This document shows positions 31,066-43,600 of a stretch of 64,000 nucleotides of DNA, in pieces. The DNA lies in the NCBI GenBank assembly GCA_964035545.1, contig OZ037765.1, positions 30,937,504 to 31,001,503 of the forward strand, read 5' to 3'. The position numbers were made by a program, and so were the translations under genes. Each line of letters begins with the position of its first letter. Position 1 is the first letter of the stretch. The notes under the pieces were generated by a model. That model had not been told where the DNA came from. It ran no database searches and was given only the letters and a program-made list of their open reading frames with translations. This DNA is from Bugula neritina (lineage: Eukaryota; Animalia; Bryozoa).

Positions 31066-32869
31066 ATTGTATATAGGAAAACATCCACTTATTGAAGTGA
31101 GGATTTCATAGTGAACAGATTACGACTCCATACACCGAGTAGGAGTATAGAGCGGGTAGAATAAGCAGTGAGTGAACCAAGTACTTTCCAATATCACTGA
31201 TAGCAATTTGACACCTAGAAGAATAAAACATAAATGCTGAATGTTGCCATCTTACATGTGCATGACTTATGTCATTTGTAACTGGTAGAGAGGTTAAGGT
31301 GTGAAGCCTTGAACGATTGACTGCATTTATTTGCTCCCTGCCAAGGCCACATTTGATAACCCGGGAAATCAAATGTGATAGCTTTAGTTTCCAACCTCCA
31401 TCTACATGTTACGGGCTTTCACAAGGGTGACACATTGCCTGCCCCATAAAAATAGACACAGAACTAGTTCGAAGTACTTTGTCCAACTGATCAGCAAGCT
31501 GTTGCCAATATGTAGGGTATTTACATATTCATGAAGTTAAAACAGAATAGTGACATCTACTCATACTGCAGTGTGCCAAAAACTTAATTTTACTTGTGTA
31601 TTCTTTTCACTTCACTGCTCACCATGCAGCCTGGATATTGAAATTCTTATATGCAATTCTAACAAAATTTAAGTGGTTTCTAATACTATCTGTAGGCATA
31701 GCAACCAACAATGTTGTAAAACTGTCAGAGTAAACACAGAAATTAGTCATAAACAAAATAGAGGCAATTTTATTTTAACATCACTAATCACTTGATGAAC
31801 ATTTTTGGTAACAAATTTATATCTATAATACAAAATAATCCCATAAGCTACGAACAACTGTCATGGGCGAATAGTAGACACTTGTATTTTGGTTGCGATG
31901 ACTTTCAAACAGTCTACTACAGCAACTCTAAGAATATTCGAACTCAGTATGTAAAAAATCAACTTGACAATAAATATAATTTTATGAAAAACTATAAATC
32001 TGCCTAAAGTTCAAAATTCAAATTGGAAATAAAATGGGCATTGTAAACGCTAATTTAAATTTCAACTTAACATTAATTCAAATTAAAAAATTCAATTCTG
32101 ATTAGCCTAATTTTATCACAAAGCAGTTTACTATGGAAGGTCAAGACTAGTACTACAATGAGCATGAATATAAGTATGACATGAATACCAGTATTAGTAG
32201 TTAATCAAATGTGGGGCTATCACTAGTAAAAAAGATTACTTTACAAAGACTATAAACTATCCATCAGATTTACCAAGACTATGGGTGACTATGACTATAA
32301 CTGTGTTTTAGTTTAATTAGCATTACCTACTAATGGTTACTTTTCCTAGAGGTGGTCATTACAGGTAATATTATTTGGAATTGCACTTAGCATTATGCAC
32401 CATTATAAGTAAACTATTACTATTACTAACTACTAACTGTTAGCTATAAAATACAGTTATTATATTTTAGTGAAAACTCATGATAAAATTGAGTAACACT
32501 GCCAAGTCATGTACTTATTAACATTGATATGAATCATAATTATTAAGCCAGCAACATGAGGGCAATAACTGTTTGAAGTAATTTAGGTGCAAATGTCAAT
32601 AAACTATTAACAATATAATAGGTTTTGGTGTTAGTAAAAGTTCACCTTGCAACAACTGTAATCAATTTCATGATCATCATTAGGACTCAAAATTTATAAA
32701 CCAAGTTAGTTCAATAAGAATGCAAATAGTAACTGACTAATAGTAATACAAATAATAAATATAATAGCAATTATATTTACTATTATGTATTTTGTTAGCT
32801 AAAATGCAAATAAGAATAGCAATGATATTACCTAGACTTGATATCAATATTGTAGTTATATTGTTTAAT

Positions 32870-33930
32870 GCACTTTCTGGTTATTTGTATTGCTATTAGT
32901 ATTAGTATTGGCCTTACTATAAGATTAAGTATAAATTATTACTAATAGTTATCTATATTTTCATTTTATATTTATAATTATATTAACTATTATTTGATAA
33001 GTCTAACATCTACAAGTACATTAAATTTAATGATTACTGATATTTATAGTTATACTATAACTATAAGATTAGGTATAACTAATAACTATAAATATAAGTT
33101 GAATTAGTATTACTATAGCCTACAAGTATATTCTATAACATAAACTAAAAACTTTGAGTGATTAACTATTATAATTATTAGTTATACTTAATATTATACT
33201 CATACTTACAGTCATACTTATACTTGTAGTTATAGCTAATACTAATAGCTAAGCTATAGCTATACTAATACTATAGCTAAGTATAGCTAGGCCTAATGGC
33301 AATGCTATTGAAAATAAAATTATGCTGATGCTTAGTCTTACAGTTACTAACATTTAACTATTAATATTACTATTAGTATTACATTTACTAGAGTACATTT
33401 AGTTTTACTATAGTACAGCTATGACTACAACTTATAGTTATAGCTGTACTACAGGTATAAGCATGAGACTAAGTAACACTAACATTTACCGTCACTACTC
33501 ATTAGTCATTACATTTACACTTGCAGTTTGAGTTACTGATTCAATTTACACCTAAACTTAAAGTAACACTAACACTCCAAGTCTAACAGTTACTCATACT
33601 GTTAGTGTTACTATCTAGTTATACTCATTACAGTGATTAGTCATTACTCAATGTCATTAGCCTTAGAGTTAGAGAGTTAGGACTTACCCTAACTCACTTT
33701 GACAATGACAGTGACTCTCACTCTGAGTCTGTCTTTCAAGTTTAACTTTGAGTCGTAACTCTTTGACTTGAGTATTAGGCCTTAGAGTTAGAGTGGCACT
33801 AACTTCAAGTGTAAGACTAAGTATTACGCTGTTGGATTTACTCTTAGTCTAAGTCTAAGTGATTCTAACTCTAAGAGCTAGACTTAGAGTTACTGTGACT
33901 GTTGGAATAAGAGTTGGCCGTAGCCGTAGG
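32870..33930. other. Degenerate 6-bp periodic (ANWNTN)n tract in RAI1-like intron 1
   Basis: e.g. attcta actcta agagct agactt agagtt actgtg actgtt; acaatg acagtg actctc actctg agtctg; atactc atactt acagtc atactt atactt gtagtt. A weaker signal extends to about 32130. Confidence 0.85.
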
Positions 33931-34016
33931 TGCATTGAGTCAATTCTTTTATGTGCATGTATACTAATAACCACAGTTTATAAAAAGTACTACCAGTATA
34001 TATTATACACACGTAC

Positions 34017-34200
34017 CTTGATAAAATTAGTTGCTAGATCAATTTTAGTACCTCAATATAGAATTTATATTTTTATAATAAATAGTTGAAGTTATGTTAT
34101 TGTTTCGCTAAGATTTGGACGATGGCGGCGCGTCACGTGATTCGTAAAGTTGGTAGTTCCTAGGATATCACGGTTAAAGTTTGTATCGGAGCATCGAAGT
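34017..34200 (-). promoter_or_regulatory. Putative RAI1-like promoter and non-coding first exon
   Basis: CpG cluster, YY1-like GATGGCGGC at 34121-34129, E-box GTCACGTGAT at 34132-34141, donor AAG|gtacgt at 34017/34016. Confidence 0.6.
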
Positions 34201-35137
34201 TATCAAAATAACGTATTCTCTTTTCGCATCCATAAAAACATGGAGTTGCGTACTCCAAAACAGATGTAATAACTCACCCTACATGGTATCCGATTCCTTG
34301 TATAACCTTTATTCTTGCATACGTGTTACTCCAGGCTTTAAGACAAAAATCATATCTACTAGAAAACTCGAAAATATAGCTTCTATATGTTCAAGAATGC
34401 AATTAGTGCATGTTTTAGAAAAATATATTTGCTGTAAAACCTGCAATTAATTATCAAAATGATTTATATACTTTGCACGATCAACCATGTCAGGACATAT
34501 TATTTACTACATGGCAATTTTTTTTATGAATAGCTTGCGAAACATAAAGCACTATTTTTTATATGAATGCTAAGCGATTTATGCTTTCTAAGCTCTCCTA
34601 CTTAGAAGCCCCAACTTGAAAATATATTATATTTGCACTATCCAATATTACATAGTTGAACATCTTTGCTGGACAAAAACTAGGAGGCATTATTAAATCC
34701 AACAAGGTACGCAAAATGCTCTAGTTGTTTTTTCAAGCAACGCATACTTTACAAACTATGCTAATAAAATTAGAAAGCAGCAAATAAACAAAGTATTTAA
34801 GTATTGTTAGTAGACCATGGTAATTATAGTAAAATTATAGTAAAGTTTCAAGATAAATTTTGAAAACACAATCACCTTTTACTCTAATTATATGTATTAT
34901 GAATTATAAGAGCAAACTGATTTCATTATAACACTCAATAAATTTTTTTACCAAACAAAATAGTTATTGCAAGCTACAATGTAATTAACACATGACTCTA
35001 AAACATTTTAACCCGATTTACACGAATAGACAACTCCAAGATTTCTAAATCCACTGTTTATAATCATTGTTATATTTTGCATATAATGTATTATGTATAA
35101 ACAGGTGATTGAATAAAATATAAAGTCTTTGACAGAG

Positions 35138-38100
35138 TTAACCTGAAAGCCAACATCTAAGCAATTCCTTAGAAGGGATTTTCCAAAGTTTCTCTAAATG
35201 CACCCAGCCTCCTTGAGTCAGCAATAAGTAAGGATCTTTCCTCTCATTATAGTAATGGAGGCCTAACACTAAAGACATTACGAATCGTGCTGCCACACCA
35301 TAATAAACTACGTCTAACTCTGCCTGGGACAGCTCTCTGTTGTCCAGATAGCCACGCAGACAGTAACCACCAATCTCAATGGCGTCTCCTTCCTTAGCTG
35401 CCATCATGTACATTATGTAAGTGCTCACATCAAATACTTTGCAATTAAAATCTGAGTCCTGGAAATCTATAACTCCGATAATATCAGTTGACTGATCAGA
35501 TCTCTTGACTAGAATATTCTGCTCATTGAAATCTGCATGTATAGGTCCTGAAATAGTAAAATTAAAGCAAGTATAGTACAGCACAAAAAATTGACTACAT
35601 ATAGTAAAATCGATTCACTCTGAATTGTTAAATAACTGTTCCAGTAAAATACCGGAATAATATTTGATTTCGAACAAATATCATGATAACTTTCTTAGGC
35701 ATGCAAAATAATGGAAGAAATATTGCGCAGTCAGCTTATGACGCAAGTTTTAAGCACAACTTCTCTGGATGACATATAGTAACCAGTGAGTGAGCAGATG
35801 ACAGGATAGGGTTAGAATTTGAAGCCCCACTGCGAGAAATTTATTTTAGAAATATGACAAGAAAGAATTCAGAAAAACATTAAACATTTAAAAATAATAA
35901 TTCTGTTAGTGGCAGCGTATCACCTTGAGGGAGGGAAGAAAACGATGCCTCCATGCTGTCCCAAGTGTCCAATACTTCTAGAGCTAATTTCTTCTTAGCT
36001 AAATCTTGGATGACATCAGTATAATCTCGAACTTTTGAAAAACTTGATAGACTCCATTGGAAGTTATCCCTGTGCAGGTTTTTGTTATCAAAGCCCTGCA
36101 ACAAGTTCTTTCACTTTAGCATTTTTATGAAAAAGTAAAGTTGCTTAATTTAGCTTGAGTAACCAAGCCGTTGCACGCTAAAGATTTGAAGCTAATTATA
36201 CTTGTAATTAAAAATGCCAAAATGAAAATAATATCTATTTGCTAGGCTATATGTTACAGGATTTTCAGCAAAACATAGGGTAAATTAGGAGTTGCTTCCC
36301 TTCCAAAAAATTATCATTTATAATATGCCTGCATACTAAACCCAGAAGCTATTGAGAATGAAAATTTATGCTATTTATTAGTTATGATGCAATAAATCCC
36401 GACCTCCATATGCTTGTGTAGTTCAGCAAGGTAAACTCCTCCCTTGTATGCAAACTGCTTGTCTATATTCTGCCCCGCAACCTCCCCCTCAATGTACTCG
36501 GCCATTTGGATGAGATGCATACGAGTGTCACCTCCGTTACCTGCAGCCAGTTTTAGTTACTATAACAGTATCCATGTACGGTATTTTAGAAGTTCTTTAT
36601 AATCACAAAAAGAAAATTGAAATAAAAAGAATAACATTTTATAGTCTAACAGAAAATATATGTTGTTATCAGCATTAATTTTCAAGAAAAAATAACTTTA
36701 GCAAATTCAGCAATAAAAATAACATAATATAATAATATAAATATTCAGACAGTACCTACATATGAGTAACAAGAAGTCAAACAAATTTATATCAAATTAC
36801 TCAACATTGAAATTACATCATGTTATACATAAAATCTGAAAGTTCATGCTTAAATCTCCTTTTAATAAATTGACTAGCTTTAATCTGAACATCAGCGCTT
36901 AATGGAATTAGAAATATTCCATAATAAAAATACAGTCAAGGTAGATAAAAATATATATAATTTTTCATAATATTATAGACTGTCTTAATTAACAAAATAA
37001 CTTGCTAAACTGTACAAAGCTTGCCTACCTGCAGGCAAATAGTGTTCAGTAAGAAGTTTTCCGGATTTGGCTTGTACTACTTCTGGACAGACAACTCCTT
37101 TACTCCTGACATAATTCATCAACTCAATGGCTGCAACTATTGGATAAATCAACTTTCATTGTAGCAAGGCTTCAATATCATAAAAAAATCTTATTTTATT
37201 GAAAATAATCTTACAAATTTTCGATATTATTTGCAGTTAAAATAGTTTCCTGTGTATTTACATAACTAACTCAATAGCAGTAACTCAATATAGTCGCAAC
37301 TGTAGTCTATCAAGTCTCCATAAGATACAAACAGATAATAGCAGTTGTCAACAGAAATTACAGCACTACAATAATGACGAAAAACAAAACTTTACTATAA
37401 CACGATTGCTTGTACAAATCATATAAACTATAAATAGCAAGAAGTGTAAATGAAGTCAGGAGTTACACATTACATTATTAAATCTTACGTTTAAAGTCTT
37501 TATCTTGAAGGCTTTCCAAAGAATTAACCACTTTGAAAACATATCCAGATGAATTTATCCTTGAGATATAATCATTATCTTTGTCATTGCAGTCCACTGT
37601 CACATGGAAGTTTTGATCATCATATCCATTCAAACGTTTCACTGTCAAAACCTAAAGCAGAGTTCATGCACAAAATGCTTCAAGGTGGCACTATTGTAAA
37701 AAATTATTTAATGACCGAATTTCTTAAACAAACTTGACCAATTAAAATAAAAGTGCCAAAACCTAAGCTAACAAAAAGATTCACTTAACAACTCATTTCG
37801 AAAAATAGTTGTTTGTGATGAACTAAGATGGCCGGTGTTGAACCATTCTGAAAGTTACCACGAAGAATTAAAAAATGTAAGCTATAAGATTTTAGATAAT
37901 TTAGAAAACTTTGGATATAACTTTAGGCTTACACCATCTATAAACTGTGTTTTCTTCAGCATAACCACACAAGTGAGGATAATTGTTCCAACTTGATTAT
38001 TGGCACAGAATCCAAGCTATGTTCATAAATACAGATCTACATTCAATGCAAGCAAAGAAAAAGTAGAACTCAGATGGTTCTCCATAAATTGTAGTAATAA

Positions 38101-38220
38101 TACAAGTTGTTCTAAGATGAACTCACCAACCTTTAAACCATAAATCAAATCTACCATGTGGATAACATCCTCTGAAGTGGCATTAGCTTGGATACCGTCA
38201 TATCTATCCTTTTCTGCCAT
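35138..38220 (-). CDS. HYKK: Hydroxylysine kinase (AGPHD1; aminoglycoside phosphotransferase fold), about 359 aa
   Basis: Exons 38220-38131, 37651-37489, 37136-37029, 36540-36404, 36095-35924, 35547-35138. Motifs: YGLKV..VKRLNGYDDQNFHV, GYVFKVVN, LHRDNFQWSL, IHADFNEQNILV, GVIDFQD, PYLLLT..GW..L. Confidence 0.92.
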
Positions 38221-38305
38221 TCTGATTTGTGCTGAATCTGCAAGCAGAAGATCAAGTCTGTCAATGCTTCAACTTTAGCCGGTACTACTATGCACTAGTG
38301 TTATG

Positions 38306-38331
38306 TAACTAGGTCAAAGGTCACTAGGTCA
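38306..38331 (+). promoter_or_regulatory. Composite nuclear-receptor response element (RORE/PPRE-type DR1 overlapping a RevDR2-type DR2)
   Basis: taact AGGTCA a AGGTCA ct AGGTCA: three perfect half-sites at 38311, 38318 and 38326. Confidence 0.65.
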
Positions 38332-39283
38332 AGAAACAAGCATCAAAATTACACCCTAATCTAAAACTGAGTTATCATTGAATTACCCTGTGGCTACTTG
38401 TTATTAGTCATAAGCTGGAGCACTGGCTGGTTGTACTGGACATGTGCTATTCTAATGCTACACAATTTGTAATAATTTCTACACCAAAATAAGTACTTAA
38501 TCATATAGCCTGCTATAATTATTCAATGCTAGTATAAGTGAAACAGATACAAGGTAGGATGTTACTTCAAGAAAATAAAGATAGCAAAAGTGACTCTTGA
38601 TTACATTGAGAATTAATGCAATAGAGAGTAATGGTGGGGAAGTTAGGACTATCACACTATATTGACACCATAATTTGGAAGTTTTCTCCTTAAAACACCA
38701 AGATAACCCAGGAGATACTTAGATACTCAAAATTACAAGAGCTGGAACTAAATTTGCAGCCAGGTAAAAGCATATCACCACCTTCCCTTATGCTGCAATA
38801 GATGATATACTTTGTGAGTTATATCAAATCTTAACTTCCTCCACCACTACTTCTACTAGTGATCAAGAATTTCTTCTATCAAATTTGATCCACTGGCAAA
38901 TAAAAGAAAAAAAAGTATGTTTGTTTATTATTTATTACTTATTTTAATTTAAAGAAAGAGCAGCGCCTGAAGTGGCCAAGCTGCAAAAAGTGAACTGCCA
39001 TAATAATGCTAATATGAGTGTAAGCCAAAGTAAAATAATCTAAAAAATGTTATCAAGAGTCCTGAAAAATATATAACTATTGATTAATTACTTTCAAAGA
39101 AAGTTATTTAATAGGAATGAGAAATTGTAAAACCTTGGGCTTGTGCACTATTACCAAGTTTTATAGTTACACTACTACTACTACCACTACCAAGCCCAGT
39201 AAAAGTAATACTTTTTAAAACAGATTGTCATTTTAAACCTTAAACAAATATAACCCCCCCCCCCTACCCCCTATTCAATATAC

Positions 39284-39960
39284 ATAATCAGTATCACTAT
39301 CAGTATCAGTGATTTGCATGATCATACTCATAACGATAATCATCACATCATTATGATTATAATTATACTTATAGTTGTGAATTGTTCATGGGTTATGACT
39401 AAGTTAGTGTTACACCTGGCTTAAAACTTTCAGCTAAAAAATAATTAAGCTTAGACGTTAGGGCAATCATTATCAACTTTTTACTTCGAACTCACACGCC
39501 AAATTCAACTTTCAACTAAATCCAAATGACTTTTTAACTATTACACCAATATGAATATGTAATTGTATGCTTACACTTAATCTTATACTTATAGTGATGG
39601 CAATAAATTTAGTCACCACAATGAAAAATTTGCTTTTCTTTTCTTTACAACTATAAGGTATTGAAAATATCAATAATAACATTAACATCAACTTCATCAA
39701 CTTCAAGTTCAACTATCGATTGTGATGCATTTATCAAATGTATCAGCTTGAGCTGTGTTACTATTAAAGTTATGAGAAGTTTTAATTTAGTGTGTGTTAC
39801 TTACTTGAGCACCCACACTGTCACCATAACTGTGCAGTCGGCAGTGTGCTATCAGCTATGTTATTGTTAAATTTTAGTTTTACTACTAAAAATTAAAATC
39901 TCCACACGACAGTGAGAGAGTCATCACTCATCAGTCATCAGTCATGAATGAACTTGAAGT
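39284..39960. other. Degenerate 6-bp periodic (ANWNTN)n tract in the HYKK 5' intron
   Basis: e.g. ataatc agtatc actatc agtatc; atactt atagtt; atactt atagtg; actgtc accata actgtg. Confidence 0.7.
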
Positions 39961-40565
39961 TTAGAATTTATCCAACGGAGGAGCATTGTTGTAGACATCA
40001 CGGGGACTGCCCATAAAACCAGTTTAAGTTTTGATGTTTGACATCATAATAATATAACATAAATATAATACAATTATAATAGTAAATAATATAGCTATAA
40101 GTATAAGTAATAGACACTTTTTTGCGATAATAATAATCAAAATGTGTTCGTTGGGGGCGTGTATAGGCTATTTCCTCAGCATAGTGAGACAACTCTAGTG
40201 GTCCAAACTATGAACTGGAAACTAAGGCTTGACATCTTGCTAAGAAAAAGAAATCGCTTGAGGCAACACTAGGTTAGTTGTCACTGAGTGCATTGCTTTG
40301 AGTTCTGAAGTTTGGACAACGATTTGTACACAAATACTGTACCTGAACATCTCTAACTTGGTGCAGCTTCTAGCGATGGTTATACAAACGAGCTAAAACA
40401 AAGTATTCTATAAGCAGCTCCAAGTAAAAGGTGACTGAGTGCAGTAATTTTAAATTTTAAATTTGGAGTTAGGGGCTGCAACTTCGAACTTGAGAATTTC
40501 AAACTACTGCACCAAGTCACCCCCAAATGCGAGCTGCTTATAAAATAATTCCGCAAAAAAGATAG

Positions 40566-40591
40566 AGTTCAAAGTGAAAGTCCAAAGTTCA
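40566..40591 (+). promoter_or_regulatory. HNF4-type DR1 elements upstream of ACAA2
   Basis: AGTTCA a AGTGAA directly followed by AGTCCA a AGTTCA (CAAAG cores), about 110 bp upstream of the ATG. Confidence 0.5.
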
Positions 40592-40698
40592 ATTCAGATA
40601 CCCAACCCATCAAATTCCAGCTGCAGCTTGTAAGCAATTTCCAATTTATTCCCATTGCTGCTGCAGTTGACGTTTATTCTAATTATTTTAGAATCAAG

Positions 40699-43600
40699 AT
40701 GTCGCTGGGTAGAGGTATGGCAGAATTCACTTTCAACTTCAATTAGTAATCGTGATACAGTTGCTTGCTCTTAAGTCTTACACTTACAGTTACAGTAACT
40801 CAATCTCGTATTCAAATTGATTTTATAATTATATTTACTTGTACTTGTAGTATCAGATTCAGTGTCAGTGTGCACTAAATTTCTAAATAATAATGATAAT
40901 TTTTATTTATTAATATTATACTTCTTGTTATGATTATCATAGACATTTTTATTGTTTATCTGAATCATTATGATTAGTATTATAATACTAATAGGATAGT
41001 GCATTAGACTTAGTCAATCACATGGATTGGTTATGAGTCAATTAGTCAATATTAATTACTAATCAAACTTAAACATATTAGTTAAAAGTCATATCATTAT
41101 GATTATCAGTTCTAGCTATCTGATCTTATAAATGAATTTTTATTTCGTATTGGTAAACCTAAATAGTAACACATGTTGCGAGTATTATGGAAAGGTTTAG
41201 ATGCTGGTTTCTGGTAACGCCTGCTTAGGTTTTTATGAGGCAATTTACACATTTTATATTATCAGCAGTCTTATTTTCCTAGTCTAAATGTGAGTCCATT
41301 TTATGTATATGCAGGTATTTACATTGTTGGGGCGAAGAGAACAGCGTTTGGGGCATTTGGTGGAAAATTAAAAGATCATACGGCTACAGATTTAGCTGCT
41401 ACTGCCACAACTGCTGCCTTACAAAGTGCTGGACTTTCTCCAGAACAAGTTGACACAGCTATATGTGGAAATGTGTCTTCTGTAAGTTGCTTAAACATCT
41501 TAAACACTGATATGTGCATCACTCAGAGTCTAAATTTCAGGGAATCTCTCATTATAGTCATACTATTTTTTTAGTTGTGATGTTATATAATGTGCAATAA
41601 TTGTATCTCATTTTTTGATAAGCTCTGTGATATTTAAGTTCCTTCTTTGCAATTTAATGCATGCATGAAGTTTAGCAACTCATAAATTGTTATTTAGACG
41701 TCAGTTGCTGGGCCATACATCGCGAGACACATGGCCCTGCAAGCCGGTGTGAAAGAAAGCACTCCGTGTCTCACTGTCAACAGACTGTGTGGCTCTGGGT
41801 TTCAATCGGTACTAAATGGGGCTCAGGAAATCCAGCTGAAGGAGGCGGAGGTAGCCGTCTGTGCTGGGTCTGAAAATATGAGTATGGCTCCGTATATTCT
41901 AAGAGGAGCTCGGTTTGGCACTAAACTTGGAGTAGACCTCAAGGTTCGTTCTGTGACTTGTATCCCTTCAGTTAATGTACTGCTGGCCCTGTTCGTATAA
42001 ACAGCTCATGTTTTTTGTATTGTTACATCAGAATTTATAACTCCCAGCTTGCCTCTTCTCCGTTTGTTTAAAGTTTTCATTTCTAATGGTGAGAATTTTT
42101 TAAGTGGAATATACATTCATTTACTGTGGCACAAGAGCAATTTCGATTGGATGCTTTTCCTGACGTCAATGGCCCTGCTGGGCTTTGAATCCATGACCTT
42201 GTACTTATTAGGTCAGCGCTGTAACCACAGAACTACACTGCTCTCTTGACGCTATCCATTTACCTTTTTTGCTATATTAGGAACTTTAATATGCTCTACT
42301 GTTAGTGTTCTGCACACCATGTAACTGGCTGTTAATGTAAATTTGGCAGTTGGAAGACTCCTTGTGGGCCACTCTTACAGACCATGGAATTAAAACTCCC
42401 ATGGGAGTTACTGCTGAGAACCTGGCTGCGAAATATAAACTAACCCGGGAAGAGTGTGACGAGTTTGCCCTTGCGTCACAGCAAAGGTTATTTTTTAGCT
42501 GGCATCATAACAGCAATGTCATACATACTACATGCCACAACACCTCACATTTGTTGCGTTGGTTATGTGAAACAGAAATAAAATTACCTTATAACAGATT
42601 TTATATGTTTAGTATGAATTGGAAACCAAGTACATGTCTGCTGGTGTAGCATTTCCCAGTTTATTCCCTGTAATTTGACTTTTTTTTAAATATGAAGCTA
42701 TAGTTCAAGCATAACCAAAAATGATCCACTGAATTCTTTCAGTGAACCTCAATCAATATTATAAAAAGTTATATTTATTTTATGCTGCAGCTGTAAATAG
42801 CTGTGCCTTTTTCTATTATCTTTCCTCTATAATTCAAAGTTTAGCAACTTAGCCTTTATGAATTAACATATACATTTTATTCAAACTTAAGTTATATATA
42901 TAGTTCATTATAGTGAGTAATTGATATCAGTATTCAAAGCTACTATTGAGTATTGATAAGCTAATTTTTAAAGCTTCAACGAATAAAGTAGATGTTAACA
43001 AAAAGCGTAAGTTTCAGACTCAGAGTAATAATTCAATTAAACTGCCATTTAAACCCAGTTGAAAGTAAAAACCTGTTTCTATGCATTAAATGTTGTCCTG
43101 TTGAAGTAGTTCCCTGCAGCCAATAATAGGCACGTATATTATATTATATTGTATTAATAATAGTATGTATGTATAATAATAATAATATGTATAATAATAT
43201 AAAAGTCAATTGCTTATATATACACCAACATATACACCTTTTTAATTTACACTTGGTATATTTCAGATGGAGTGCTGCTAATGAAGATGGAAGGTTTGAG
43301 AAAGAGATGGTTTCTATAACTTTGAAATCAAAAAAGGGTGATGAAGAGTTTAAAGTAGATGAACATCCCAAGTCTACGAGTTTGGAGAAGCTGGCTAAGC
43401 TACCTACAGTGTTCAAGAAAGATGGCACAGTAACTGCTGGGAATGCTTCAGTAAGGGTTTTACATATTCAAGTGTGAATGTCTTTTATTACCCATATGTC
43501 TGAGGTTATTTAGTTCTAACTGATGTAGTGTTTCGTACACTTTCAAACATATTAATGTCATTCTACCAGGTGGAGAAAGGAAAACAAGTGTCATTTAGAC

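Noticed and set aside
33859-34089. ORF with alternating residues (ILTLRARLRVTVTV)
   Set aside because: A by-product of the 6-bp periodic tract, not a protein.
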